From assembly GCF_006345805.1 (NCBI RefSeq), contig NC_043005.1, positions 1,612,001-1,676,000 of the forward strand: a stretch of DNA of 64,000 bases, written 5' to 3'. Of the stretch, positions 23,934 through 38,084 are shown piece by piece. Position numbers and translations under genes: made by a program. Under the pieces are notes generated by a model. That model was not told the origin of the DNA. It worked only from the letters and a program-made list of their open reading frames with translations, and did not search any database. Position 1 is the first letter of the stretch. Each line of letters opens with the position of its first letter. The DNA comes from Octopus sinensis. Its lineage: Eukaryota.

Positions 23934-24959
23934 TAGTAAAGAACAGAGTCGTATCAAATATATTAAGATAAACTTACTTGGAAATGGATGCATGGCATTC
24001 AATCAAATAATGATATAAATAATATATATATATGCATATATACATACATATATGTATGTACATACATATATATATATGTATGTACATTTTATATGTTTCC
24101 AATTTGGAAATAGATAATAAATACATTTTACTACATTATTTTATTTATGCACATTTAGCATTTATAGTACAATTGGGAAGAAAAGTAATTTTGTCATAGA
24201 GAATTACGACTTATAATTCACACTAGGTAATCCTTCATACTAACTGCTAGAGTTTACAACAATTCGAATAAGTCTTGTTGGATTTAAGCCATAGACATGG
24301 CATAAAAAAATAGCCAATATCTCAAGGAATGAGTGTCGTGGAGTTTAATAACATCCTACGAACACTGAGTAATTTCCCCAAAATCAAGGATTTTATAACT
24401 GCTCATACCCAAATTCTAAGAACCATATTTTGTGAAAGATTTCTTTGACGAAAGTTTAGAATTCGTATATGGGAAGTAATTTTAACCAATGGGATACCAA
24501 CAATTAGGCTTGTTTGGGCAAACGAACATTACGTCATATTGCTGCCTTTTATAACTTGCTACACATGTATGATGGTGACACTTGTTTAAACAAACATATA
24601 TTGTCAAATACACACACACATGTGTATATTTATACATATATATATTATTTTATTCTTTTATTCTTTTACATGTTTCAGTCATTTGACTGCAGCCATGCTG
24701 GAGCACTGCCTTTAGTCAAGCAAATCAATCCCAGTTTTAGAGTCAGAGCTAGTCATACTCAAAGCCAGAAAATGATATGAAGAAGGAAGACATAGAAGAA
24801 ACGGTAACTGACTGGGTGGGAGGTGGAGCAGGGAGGCCGAGGGAGAAAATGTAATTGACCTGTGTTATTGACAGCTGGGAGTTGGTACATGAAAACCTGC
24901 TGAGGGCAACACAGTATGGAACCTTATATTTGTATACATACATATGGAAAATGACTGTC

Positions 24960-25495
24960 CTAGAATAAATATAGAGAATCCCATCTCTTATTGAAGATGT
25001 ACACAAATTTCTGTACAAGGAATACTGTTAGAATACTGTCCCTTCAAAATATCTGTCAAGTGTAAGCATAATGGTTGAGATATTGTTGTTTGGGACAGAC
25101 AAGAAAAAGTCTGTGTTGTCACAGCGGTCCGCTTGTTCCGCTGATGTGGATATCCCTTTGAAAATCAAAGTGAAAGGGAATAGCTGTGGACAACTGTTTT
25201 GAAACCTTCAGCTTCAATATCAAGAATTCAAATTCACATTTATACCAACAACGATTGCAGCACTTGGTTTTGTCAGTAAATGCCTAAGTGACAATCTGGA
25301 TAAGCCAGGGTTTCAACATTATAATTACAATCTATAAATGGAACAGTAAAAATATTCAAGACTTTTCTCAAGTTTAAAATGTGACATTGCTTTTATTATC
25401 TCCATTCCAATGATGAAGCTTTGCATCTTCCTTAGAAACCAGCTCCTGCCTCAAATGAAGAATCTAAATGATAAAAAAAAAACAGAAGAGAACAT
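24960..25495 (+). mobile_element. Decayed R4/Dong-clade LINE 3' end (RLE domain)
   Basis: IVVWDRQEKVC, SADVDIPLKIK, FKFTFIPTTIAALGFVSKCLSDNLDK, QSINGTVKIFKTFLKF; the UTR runs into (CATA)n on the sense strand. Confidence 0.7.
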
Positions 25496-25554
25496 ACATC
25501 CATTCTTACATACGTACATACATACATATGTACATACATACATGCATGCATACA

Positions 25555-25588
<34 letters not shown>

Positions 25589-25615
25589 CATACATACATA
25601 CATACATACATACAT

Positions 25616-26150
25616 GCCTTGATGCAATACCAGGCAAAGGCACTCAAGGTTTTGCCAGAAGTGATAATATGTCCGTGTTTAGTCAAGGTGTAAAAGATGA
25701 GCTACAACAAATATTCTGCTCAACACCACGGATTTGCTTGTTAGTTGTTTGACCTCGACCAGTTGAGTACGTCCCTTTGTGGTTGATGATATGAGCATCT
25801 CTGCTTACGAGCAGGAGTAGTGGGGGAGCATCATAGCCACGTGGTGAGAAGGATTCTTCGTGGCTTGAATAATTCCCCACTGAAAACATGGGTGTTTCAC
25901 GTTCCATATTCAAGAAATTTTCTTCACGTCAAGTAGCCCCTCTCTTATTCAGAGAGGGGCTACTTTGACTTGAAGAAAATTCTAATTCTGTCCCACCTGC
26001 AAGGGCATGTAGTGTTTATCTTGATATAAGATCACTATGTTGTCCATATATAGTTGTGATGCATGTGCCTGGTGTATGCTTATCAGGCAGGTAGTCATGA
26101 CGAGTATATTGGGTTTCATGTATTTCTACCTCAGTGTCACTTCAAGTCTG
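25616..26150 (+). mobile_element. Diverged second copy of the 14639-15194 element, with an internal hairpin
   Basis: atgccttgatgcaataccaggc...ctcagtgtcac is collinear with the reverse complement of 14639-15194. Confidence 0.75.
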
Positions 26151-26864
26151 CTGGTCTCTCACACATATGTATGTATATATGAACATACTTTGAGCCTTAG
26201 TATTCTCTCCCAGTGTTGTGCTGCTTGTTATTATGTCTATAGAACACATTGGTATTGTTGTTTCTGCATTTTATTCCAAAAACTTCATTGTGGAGAGACA
26301 ACCCTCAAAAGACGACCCCACAACATTCGTTTGGTCAATGTTGCATCAGATAATAATTGTTAAATAAACTGTCAGAGTTAAATAGAGCAACCACTGTTAA
26401 TGTAAGCAAGGCGTGATCCAACGAATTTTTCAGATATTTAAAAATTGCTGCTGCAGTTTCTGACATTAAATGATAACTGTTCAACATTTGAAATGTCACA
26501 CACCCCATCACAGGAGGGTGGGGCGGTGGGGGATGGGGGGTGGGGTGGCAACTATGCTTTTAAGTTCTGGGAGTAAAATTCTTTGAATGTCTGAACAAGA
26601 TGTTTTTCCTGTTCATATGACATATCATGCCCAAAGTACTTCTACTCTGTCAACAGCTGGCCTCAACCTTTGACTGGCCTTATCCAAATTATACAGCTAC
26701 ATATTTGAAGACATACTGTCATTTCCTCTAATTACCAAATGATGTTGTTGTTGTGGTTGTTATAAGCAAGTTGTTGTTGTCAAAGTGACATCATCACTCT
26801 CACTGACAAATCCTTTTCTTCTTTTTTTTTCATGCCAGTTGTAAAAATCATTTATTTTTTTATT

Positions 26865-27090
26865 CTTTACTTGTTTCAGTTATTTGACTGTGGCCATGCT
26901 GGAGCACTGCCTTTTGTCAAAGAAGTTCACTGCAGGACTTATTCTATGTAAGCCTTGTACTTATTCTATCAGCCTCTTTTGCCGAATCACTAGGTTATGA
27001 GGACATCAACACACCAACATTGGTTGTCAAGTGATGGTGGGGGAACAAACACAGGCACACATATACACACAAACATATTCATATATATGT
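26865..27090 (-). mobile_element. SINE 3' portion
   Basis: tttcagttatttgactgtggccatgctggagcactgcc also occurs at about 24665-24715 and 58320-58365. Confidence 0.6.
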
Positions 27091-27099
27091 AGATATATA

Positions 27100-27420
27100 T
27101 CCACTAAATCGAAGTTGACTCTTGGTTACTCGATGGATCAGTGTCCTCCAGTCAGTTCTATCTGGGCCGCTTCTTTCAGATTGTCCATTCCGGTATCACT
27201 CTTGATGGTGTCAAGCCAGCGGGTTCTTGGTTGGCCTCTTCCTCTCTAGCCACTGATCATTCCGAGCATGATGTCCTTCTCAAGGGATTTTCTACGCATA
27301 GTATGACCGAAATATGCCAATCTATGCTTGGTGATCCTAGCCTCCAGTGACAGTTTCGGCTTGATCTGCTTAAGAACCTCTCCATTGGTGAGCCTTGCTG
27401 TCCATGGAATCTTTAAAAGT
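27100..27420 (-). mobile_element. BovB-like RTE 3' fragment
   Basis: LLKIPWTARLTNGEVLKQIKPKLSLEARITKHRLAYFGHTMRRKSLEKDIMLGMISG resembles the BovB C-terminal region. Confidence 0.75.
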
Positions 27421-27422
27421 CT

Positions 27423-28047
<625 letters not shown>

Positions 28048-28779
28048 ATGTATGTATGTATGTATGTTTGTGTGTATGTATGTATGTTTGTGTGTATGTA
28101 TGTATGTTTGTGTGTATGTATGTATGTATGTATGTATGTATGTATGTGTGTGTGTATGCTTGCATGTATGCATGTATGCATGTATGTATGTATGCATCTA
28201 TGTGTATGTATGTATGTATATATGTACGTATGTGTGTGTGTATGTATGTATGTATGTATGTGTGTATGTATGTATGTATGTATGTATGTATGTATGTATG
28301 TGTGTATGTATGTATGTGTATGTATGTATGTATGTATGTATGTATGTATGTATGTGTGTATGTATGTATGTATGTGTGTGTGTATGTATGTATGTGTGTA
28401 TGTGTGTGTGTATTTATGCATGCATATATGTATGCATTTCAGAAGCAGCATTCCAATTTCTCTCAGAACCAAACTGAAATCTTGTCTGACACAGAATGAT
28501 TGAATATTGAACGTAAAATGCAAAGGGTCAACATCTCACTGTATTCACACGGCAGGTTCTGATGAAATATCAGGCTGCTCTTTTCATTTAAATGTGATTT
28601 AATGCACAATGCATGCACCCTGTAAGAACACTTATATTTTACAGATGAGAATTTGAGCAAAGGTGAGGATTTAATCAATGGACAACAACACCTGTGTAAC
28701 AAATGAAGTTTGGTGACAGAGATGCAAGGCTGACCAGACTCACCTCAACTTGTTGCTAATCTCCAGATTTGCTGAAGAC

Positions 28780-29430
28780 TGTTATAACTCACTTTCACCA
28801 AATTGCTGAAGGAATAATAATTGATCCCTCTGAGACCAACTGGCTGTCACCATTACACAGTCTTCCCAGCACCACCACCACCACCACCACACAAAGATAC
28901 CAGGTGACAGTTGTCTTTGTGATGACTATTTTTCATTCAACAACCTCTTCCATCCTTGATCATAACCTGGTTCCCCATTTACAGGATTTTCCTTCCTTCC
29001 TTCCTTCCTTCCTTCATGATGTATGAGTTTTCTTGAACATGCATATTGTCAGGGGACATAACCAGATTCCTACAGGACTGGCTTGTAGCCACAAGATGGT
29101 CAGTTGGCCTTTACTAATTTGAGCAGATACTTATTTCACCTTCTCAATGCTGCATGGTTATTCTAGAGACTGACTGACTGGGAGTTTACCCTTCACTGAA
29201 GGCACACCTTGATGATCTACTTGTTAGAACAAGCTCAACAAAAGATGACTAACGGATGCCTAAACTTCCTCCTCCAGCCACGGAACTTTTATTGTAAAGT
29301 GTCATAAATAGCCGTAAGCTCCTGTTTGGTGTGTCCTTGCTTGACCATGCAGAGCTTGTCTAGTGGTCATCCAATATTTTGCTGCACCTATATTACTGCC
29401 TAAGTTAAAAGAATTTCTTGGTTGGCCTGA
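28780..29430 (+). mobile_element. Ty3/Gypsy reverse transcriptase relic
   Basis: GIIIDPSETNWLSPLH (cf. GII.PS.S.WASPLH), DHNLVPHLQDF (cf. PDRYP.P.I.D), RGHNQIP, KLKEFLG. Confidence 0.65.
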
Positions 29431-29568
29431 AGGAGAGTCAACACTTGGACCTTGATCCCTGTAAGGGCCCTAAATATTGATCAATCACTCGGATATTTGA
29501 TACACAAGCTTCTCTTGAGTTGTAAGGAAACACAGATCTCAAATCTATATTTTTTTAAATTGACATGC

Positions 29569-29611
<43 letters not shown>

Positions 29612-29616
<5 letters not shown>

Positions 29617-32600
29617 TTGAGGAATAATTCAAGAGTGTTTTTTCAAATTCGTTTTAAATAACAAAACTACAACAAATTAATCGATAATATATTTTCCATT
29701 GTTATTTATGACTTCCTATCATCGTTCAATAAGTTTCTTGATGCCTCGGTGATAGAAACCTCCTGTTCTTGATTTAAAGAATTCGTCCAACCAAGCCCTC
29801 AGTTCCATGTCCTTATTGAACAATACACTGCACAAAGCATTTGAATGCAGTTGAAAGAGAAGAAAATCTGATGACACCAAGTCTGAATGGAGTATGGAAG
29901 ATGAGGCAGCATTTCCCATTTGAGTTCTTGAATCATGGGCTTGGTCATATTGGTGATTTGAGGATGGACGTTGTTGTGTTGCAGAAGAATGCCATTTTGC
30001 CTATTTAGTCTTTTTTGCTGAATTACTTCATTGAATTGGTGCAGCTGTTCATAATGAATGATGCCTTCCCAGTGCCACCATTCTCACAACATGGTCTTTC
30101 AAGGATGAAGCTCTCTTTTGCTCATGGATTTGCTTGTTTTCTTCGTATTGACATAACAGCACCATTTTTCATTACCAGAAAACACTGTTTGTGACCACGA
30201 ATTGAGCATTGTCGAGCAAGCAAACTGATAGAGATTGTGGAGCATTGATTTTTGTTGCTTTCGCTCAAAGTGAGTGGCACCCAAGTGCCAAGTTTCTTAA
30301 CCTTGCCCATTGAGTGAAGGTCATTCAGCAAAGTTTATTATAACAATCCATCTGCCCCCACCAATTCTCTGGTCGTTTGACATGGATTTTCGTGAAGAAG
30401 TTGATTCAATCACTCTTCATCAAACTCATTTGGTCAACTGGTGTGTGATCCATCCCTGAGATTAAAATCCCCATTTTTGAAGTGCTTGGGCTGAATTCAA
30501 AAATCTAGATTCCACTGCAGCTTTTGAGGTGTACAAAACTCAACAAGACCGAGCCATGAAAATTGAAAAGGAAGAACGCTTCAGATATGAATACAAAATC
30601 GCGGCAAACGCCAGTCGCAATCCAAAAACCTTCTTTGCCCATGTCCAACGGAATTCCCACTTGAATAACCAAATTGCAACATTGGTAGACTCAACAGGCG
30701 TATCGATTGAGGACCCTTATCAACAGAGTCAATTATTTGCCGAGGCTTTTTCAACTATTTTCAAACAAGATGATGGTCGTGAACCCCTTCCATGTGATAG
30801 ATTGGTACCTCCAATGCTTCGATTGGTCATCACATGGGACAAAGTCGAATGCGTTATTCAAGGCCTCGATGTCAACAAGGGTCACGGCCCTGATGGCATA
30901 CACCCATGGGTTATCAAAGCATTGGCTCCGGTCATCTGTGAGCCCTTAACATCGTCTATTCAATATGTCATTGGCGACAGGTGTTATACTTGCGGACTGG
31001 AGAACAGCAATAATCTGCCCAATTTTCAAGAAAGGGAGCCGCGAAGACCCACTTAACTACCGACCGGTTTCCCTTACATCAATAATCAGCAAGATGTTCG
31101 AAACCATCCTTAAGAAAAGTATGATGCTCCACCTCCAAAACACAGCCTCTATCTCTGATTCCCAACATGGCTTCGTGCCGAAGAGATCATGCTTGACCAA
31201 CTTACTGGTAATGGAAGAATTGGGGACATGCATCCTCGATGATAGTGATGCTGTTGACATCGTTTTATTAGACTTTGCCAAAGCTTTTGACTCGGTAAAC
31301 CACCGCCTATTACTTGTCAAGCTTCAAGCATATAGTTTCCATCTGGATATTGTATGATGGGTTGGTGCCTTCTTCTCAGATCGCTCCTTCCAAGTCCAAG
31401 TTAATGGTTTGCGGTCCAACGTCTCCAGTGCGAGCAGTGGCATGCCTCAAGGTTCAGTGCTTGGGCCCTTATTGTTCTTAGTCTTCATAAATGACTTGCT
31501 CGACGACCTCACGCAACACACCCTTCTATTTGCCGATGATGTCAAACTGGTCGCTCCTCGCAGTGATATAGATGATCTTCGATGATGCCTCCACCCAGTT
31601 TGGAGATGGTCTAACGAATGGGACCTGTGCCTGAATGTGTTAAAGTGCTGTCATCTCCCTGTTGGCCCTCCTCCTGCAACTCAACTTGATTTCGAGCTGG
31701 GTCGTCTGCTGCTGGAGAGGACCGATCAGGTAAAGGACCTGGGTATCTTGGTGGATTCCTCCTTTTCGCCTTCGGCCCAGTGCGTCCATGCTGCCAACAA
31801 AGCACACGGAGTTCTGTTCTTGATTCGACGGTCATTCGGAATGTTCACAGCAGCCATATTCCTACCGCTCTATGTCACGCTGGTGAGACCCATATTGGAG
31901 TACGGGATTCAAGCCTCTTCTCCTTATCTCCTCAAAGACATACAGCATCTCGAAAGAGTCCAGAAGTTGGCTACCCGCATGGTTCATGGTCTCAATCACA
32001 TGTCTTATGAGGAAAGGCTGAAGACGCTCAACCTTTATTCTCTAGAAAAACGACGACGCCGTGGTGATCTCATTCTTGCTCACAACATCATAAGCAGAAA
32101 GTGTAACCTCTCGAAAGAGCTGTTCTTCACTCCTGCTCCAGAGCGTCGACTGCAGGGGTCATTCCGAAAAGCTCTATCTGCGACGATTTCATCTCAATTG
32201 AAGGAGAGGGGCTTTCTCCATCCGGGTTGCGGATCTGTGGAATAAGGTGCCGGACGAGATGGTGAAGATGCCGACGACCGCTCGGTTCAAAGTCTTCCTT
32301 GACCACAAGTGGCCTGAACTCTTTACATGAACACCACCCTGTACATAACTCCATGTCCCCCTACATGGCCTTGCTCTTTGCTTTTTGAGCCAAAAAATTA
32401 ACTGACTAACTAACTACTTTGAGGCATTGATCCTTCTCCATACACAACACAAATCTTACGAGCATCCACAACACTTCGATTAAATGCAAAAAGTAAATGG
32501 TGTTGAAAATGTTCAGGTTTGTCTTCTTGACATTCCATTTTAATGATCTAAAAATATGCAAAAATCACTAAAATTTAATAATCAAAACACACTTCCTTGT

Positions 32601-32710
32601 AGAGCAAAAAATTCTCTTTTAAATATCATAAAACATTTTGCCAACACATTTTATTTCTGCGTGCATTTCCAAATTTGAGAAAATCACTCATGAATTATTC
32701 CTCAACTCAA
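29612..32710 (-). mobile_element. Mariner element (decayed) split by a nested CR1
   Basis: Matching 16-bp TIR core gttgaggaataattca at 29616-29631 and, inverted, at 32691-32706; MECQEDKPEHFQHHLLFAFN...MPQ on one side of the insert and KHFKNGDFNL, KLGTWVP, SGNEKW, HSDLVSSDFLLF on the other. Confidence 0.88.
30530..32417 (+). mobile_element. 5'-truncated CR1-clade LINE (RT and C-terminus), relatively young
   Basis: GPDGIHP, NYRPVSLTSI, SQHGFVPKRSCLTNLL, LDFAKAFDSVNH, PQGSVLGPLLF, LFADDVKL, KDLGI, RGDLI; tail taactgactaactaact; apparent 7-bp TSD tttgagg (30523-30529 and 32418-32424). Confidence 0.93.
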
Positions 32711-33116
32711 AACATATTTGTAAATGATGTTATGGTTTTGTAAACAGCAATTTAGTGCAACAAACTGATAAGAATTGAATGCTGACTCTCTTGTTTATGA
32801 AGCAAACATGTCCGTATATTCCTGCCAAGAGACTTGCAGCTTTCTTCTACCAAATTCAGAAAGACGTCGAGCATGTTTAGAAAAGAAGCAATGTAAGGAC
32901 CTCTCTGAGGGAGATTTTGTTGATTTTAAGGTCTCTAACTGATGTCAGCTAATGTGTTGTGTTAAGATATTGTTTTAATTTAGAATATATGTATGTATGG
33001 TTATATATATATATATTTATGTCATCATCATCATCATCACCATCATCATTGAACATTCACTTTCCATACTGGAATAGGATAGTCAGTGCCAGCATGGAAA
33101 GTGGATACTAAATGAT

Positions 33117-33149
<33 letters not shown>

Positions 33150-33150
<1 letters not shown>

Positions 33151-34568
33151 ATATCATCATCATCATCATTTAACGTCTGTTGTCCATGCTGGAATTGACC
33201 ATGGCTGGCATGCTGGAAGGCTGTACCAGACTCCAGTCTGATTTGGCATGGTTTCTATGGCTGGACACCCTTCCTTACACTCATTCCACTCCAAGAGTGT
33301 AATGAGTGCTTTATGTGCCACCAGCACATGCGTCATTTGCGTGACACCAGTAATTAGTCATGACTGTGATTTCACTTGGCTTGATGGGTCTTCCTCTCAA
33401 GCACGACATAAGGCCAAAGGTTTTGGTCATTTGTCATTGCCTCCATGAGGCCCAACACTCGTTTCTGTGAGGCCCAATGTCAAAAAGGTGCTCTTTACGT
33501 GCCACTGGCACATGTGCCAGTTACCTGACACTGGCATTGGCCACGACTACGATTTCACTTGTCTTGATGGGTCTTCTCAAGCACGGTACATTGCCAAAGA
33601 CCTTGGTCACCAGTCATTGCCTCTGTGAGGCTCAAAGTTCGAAGATCATGCTTGACTACCTCATCCCATGTCTTCCTGGGTCTATCTCTACCACAGGTTC
33701 CCTCCACAGTTAGAGATTGGCACTTCTTTACACAGCTGTCCTCGTCCATATGCATCACCTGATTATACTAGTGCAGTTGTCTCTCTTGCACACCACACCT
33801 GATTCTGCTTATGCCAATCTTTTCTCTCAAGATGCTTACACTGACATTGCACATCCAGTGAAGCATGCTAGCTTCACTTCTATCAAGCCTACACAAGTCT
33901 TTAGCAGTCACAGCCCATGTTTCACTGCTGTTTAGCATAGCTGTTTACACACAGGCATCATACAGTCTGCCTTTCACTCTGAGGGAGAAGCCTTTTGTTA
34001 CCAACAAAGGTAAGATCTCTCTGAACTTTGCTCAGCTTATTCTTATTCTTACAGTTATGCTCTCAGAGCATCCACCTCTGCTACTAACTTGGTCACCTAG
34101 GTAATGGAAGCTATCACCTACCTCTAGCTTACCCACCTGGCAGTTGATGGGGTTTATTTTCTGTACATCTTCAGTGTTTATTGCCTCTGTGCATCTGCCA
34201 CACACAAAAACTATTTTCCCAGTTAACCTTCCTCTAATATTGCTGCACCTCTTGTGTGTGCATAGCTTGCATCAGGTATATCTTATGGAGTTTCTACCAA
34301 TGCCTGTCCTACAAATTGAGAAGGGCAATCTACCTTAAGGTATTTGTGATTTTTCTGCTCTCCTACTTACTAAGACTTTGGTTTTTGCTAGATTAGCTCT
34401 AAAGTCCTTTGATTCAAGACTTTGCCTCCATGCCTGAAATTTCTTCTCTATTTCAGGTAGTGATTTGGCCATGAGGACAAGGCCATCAGCATAGAGGAGC
34501 TCCCAGGGACAACCTGTCTTGAATTTGTCTATTATTGCCTGGAGGACAATGATGGACAAGAGGGGGGT
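33150..34568 (-). mobile_element. 5'-truncated RTE LINE
   Basis: CPWELLYADGLVL, PHD-like Cys cluster, GRDRPRKTW, 3' UTR and tail. Confidence 0.88.
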
Positions 34569-36699
34569 GCTACAGGACACTGTTACTTGTCTCAGGGTTA
34601 AACACATTACTTAGCTGGACAATTTCTTGTGTTGGAGTGACAGAAATGTCTTTCATTTGTTTAACAACCTAATGTCTGTCTGTCTGTCTGTATGTATGTA
34701 TGTATGTATGTATGTATGTATGTATGTATGTATGTATGTATGTATGTATGTATGTATGTATGTATGTATGTATGCATGTATGCATGTATGTATGTATGTC
34801 TCTATGTATGTATGTATGTATGTATGTATGTATGTATGTATGCATGTATGCATGTATGTATGTATGTATGTATGTATGTATGTGTGTATGTATGTATGTA
34901 GTATGTATGTATGTATGTATGTAGTATGTATGTATGCATGTATGCATGTATGATGTATGTATGTATGTATGTTGTATGTATGTATGTATGTATGTATGTA
35001 TGCATGTATGTATGTGTGTATGTATGTATGTATGTGTGTATGTATGTATGTATGTATGTATGTATGTATGCATGTATGCATGTATGTATGTATGTATGTA
35101 TGTATGTATGTATGTATGTATGTATGCATGTATGCATGTATGTATGTATGTCTCTATGTATGTATGTATGTATGTATGTATGTATGTATGTATGCATGTA
35201 TGTATGTCTCTATGTATGTATGTATGTATGTATGTATGTATGTATGTATGCATGTATGTATGCATGTATGTATGTTTGTATGTATATATGTATGTATGTA
35301 TGCATGTATGTATGTGTGTATGTATGTATGTATGTATGCATGTATGTATGTATGTATGTATGTGTGTATGTATGTGTGTATGTGTGTGTGTTTTTGAGTA
35401 AGTGTTTATATTAATGCTAATAACTGGTGTTGGCTGGCAACTTTCAGTGAAAGGAATTATTCAATCCTGGAATTGTTTGGTCCTCTCTTTTATAGACCTC
35501 AGAGGGGTGAAATCTGGAGTTGGCTCTGGTTGGAACTGAACTCAGAATGTAAAGAGGCAGAATGATAATGCTAATGAATGCTAATGAATGCTAATAATAA
35601 AGGCTAATTATAAAAGATTGCCATTAGTGAATAATGAATAGTTTAAGACATTCTAGAAATATAATTTAAAGAAAGAAGAGAAAATATTCTTTAAAAGAAT
35701 TAGAAAGAAATTTAGAAAAGAGAAAAAAAAATTAGAATTTTGGAGGTGAAAATGTTCTGAGTTCAAAAGGAAGGTCACACATTTCTTTGAAGGAAAAAAT
35801 ATAACAACAGAAGTTTAATTTGTAAGTAATTACTGATCAAACTATATTTAATTAGTAATTAGCTATGGGAAGCACTTAACTTAATTGGAAGGGATGTAAT
35901 CTTCATTATTAAGAGTTTATTTTATTTTATTTTAGCATTTATTTGTTTCTGTTTAGTGATTTGTTAAAGAGCCCAGAGTAATGAATAATGAATTACATTT
36001 GTTGCTGTCTAAGCCAGAGGCTCGAGTCCTGCTACAGGACACTGTTACTTGTCTCAGGGTTAAACACATTACTTAGCTGGACAACTTATTGTGTTGGAGT
36101 GACACACAAATGCCTTTCATTTGTTTAACGACTTTAATTACTGACAATAGGAAGTAATTGCATCTAATCTGTGGTTCCTGCAAATTATTGACAAAGTTGA
36201 CTTTGCCTTTCATTTTTCTGGGATTGTTAGTGAAAGTACCAGTAATATATTTGGGTAATTCAATTTGTTTCACATTTGCCCCACAAATTTATAATTCTGT
36301 ACAATATAAGAAGTAATTGTCATTAATATTGTAATTGTTATCTAAATGTAATGATTACAAAATCTGGTATAGCACCGGTCAAGACAGACAAGAATTGTAA
36401 TACTCAGTTTCACATCTCTAGGTTATGAGTTCAAATCTCACTAAGGTCAACTTTGCTTTTTATCCTTCGTGAATTGGTCAAATAAATAATAAATAACAAG
36501 AACTAACGATGATCCAATCAATTATGTTCTCTTGCAAAATGCCTGGCCTTTCATCTGTGCCCCCCCCCACTTCTTTTTATATAAATATTATTGAAAATGT
36601 TGCTACTGTTGTTAATATCCTGCTAGAAATCGTTGTTGTTGTTGTTAATTGTCAAAACCTGGCATCAAGAATGTCTCACTTGTTCACAGAAGTAATGTG

Positions 36700-37210
36700 G
36701 CTGGCGGACAAGAATGGTGGGCATGAGTGATGCTGTTCCCAAGAAGAGTCTGGGCCGTGACAAAGATAAACCAAATAACCTATTCTGGAGGACTTTTGCA
36801 TCAACGATTGTTGATAATTTCCAGAAATTCTTAGCCAACCATGCTACCAGGGATCAGCATGGGATAAAGGTGGTGGGCATGGAATGGCTGTCAGCCAGGT
36901 CTATTTAAGATGTGTGCAGAAGGCTGAAAGTGTTCTGAATTTATAACACATGGGACAATTGTTGTCACATGTAGGATGGCTTCAACTATCATGAGGAAGA
37001 TGATGGAGGCAATCCTCATGTGGCACTCGAGTTGAGAATCAAATCTATCATCTCATAACAACAGCTGTTCCACCGTTGAGCAAAAGATTAATGGAGAGCA
37101 GACTGAAGAATGTCTGTGTTTTGCATACATTCTTGAACCAGCCTGGTTGATAGTCTTTCCATGTCAAGAGGAAATACCTTTAGACCCAGGATGACAAATA
37201 GATGAGCAAT
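36700..37210 (+). mobile_element. Possible ancient L1/Tx1-type RT remnant
   Basis: Weak motifs only: KSLGRDK..FWRTF and KRLMESRLKNV. Confidence 0.25.
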
Positions 37211-38084
37211 GCTCTATCCTCTAACAGTGCCACACTTTCATCAAACAATGACAGAAAAATGTTAACTGATGAAATGAAGGGAAAAAAAGAAAAAAATCAC
37301 AAAAAAAGGACACAAAACAAAAGAAATCAGGTGAAGAGGAACAATTTCTTCTGAATAACAATGAAATCCTTCTCCAGGAAAATAATGAAGGACATAAAAA
37401 GAACAAAGATGAACTATGATTCACCTTTTTTGCAAATAGCTAATAGAGAAACTTATGCATCTTTAGTGCTCCAGACTCTCTCAAAATATCAGATTGACAC
37501 AAAAACTATTAGGTTCAGAAAATAAACAGCATGCAAAAGATAGATTACAAGAAAAATTAAAATTAAGACATTATACAGAAGTTAAAAGAGAATGCTCTTA
37601 AGAAGTTGGTGTTTTTCAACACCAGGTGTTTCAATAAATGCTTAATGGTGCATTTGGTTACACTTAAATACAATATGAAGAACGGTTAAGTAAACAGGGT
37701 TGTGGAATATATAACCAGAATACCTTTCCAGAATATCTTTCATGCTTCATTTCTTTTAATTATATCTTGTTTTAATTATTGAGTTTTATCATACGTTTTG
37801 TGTTTATTTCCATGTAAATATGTGTGTATGCATAAGTATATGCATATGTGTAAATGTGTGTGTGTGCATATAGGAATATGAACGCACATATCTTTATATC
37901 GTTGCTATTAAGCAAAAGTGTCATAAGTACAAAACATTGCTTTTTCAGAAAACGAAAAAATAGTTTCGCCATTCCATTTCCTTTTACGTTATCAACAGTT
38001 TCAGCTTAACGATAATACTTTGTTGGGTGCATAAAATCGTAACTCCATGAATGTATGATATTTTCAGGCAAAAATATCTTTGCA

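Noticed and set aside
25625-25645. 12-nt match (cctggtattgca on minus) to U2 snRNA stem-loop IV
   Set aside because: Too short and no other U2 features.
26514-26549. G-quadruplex-forming G runs
   Set aside because: Motif is present but nothing suggests function; common in such genomes.
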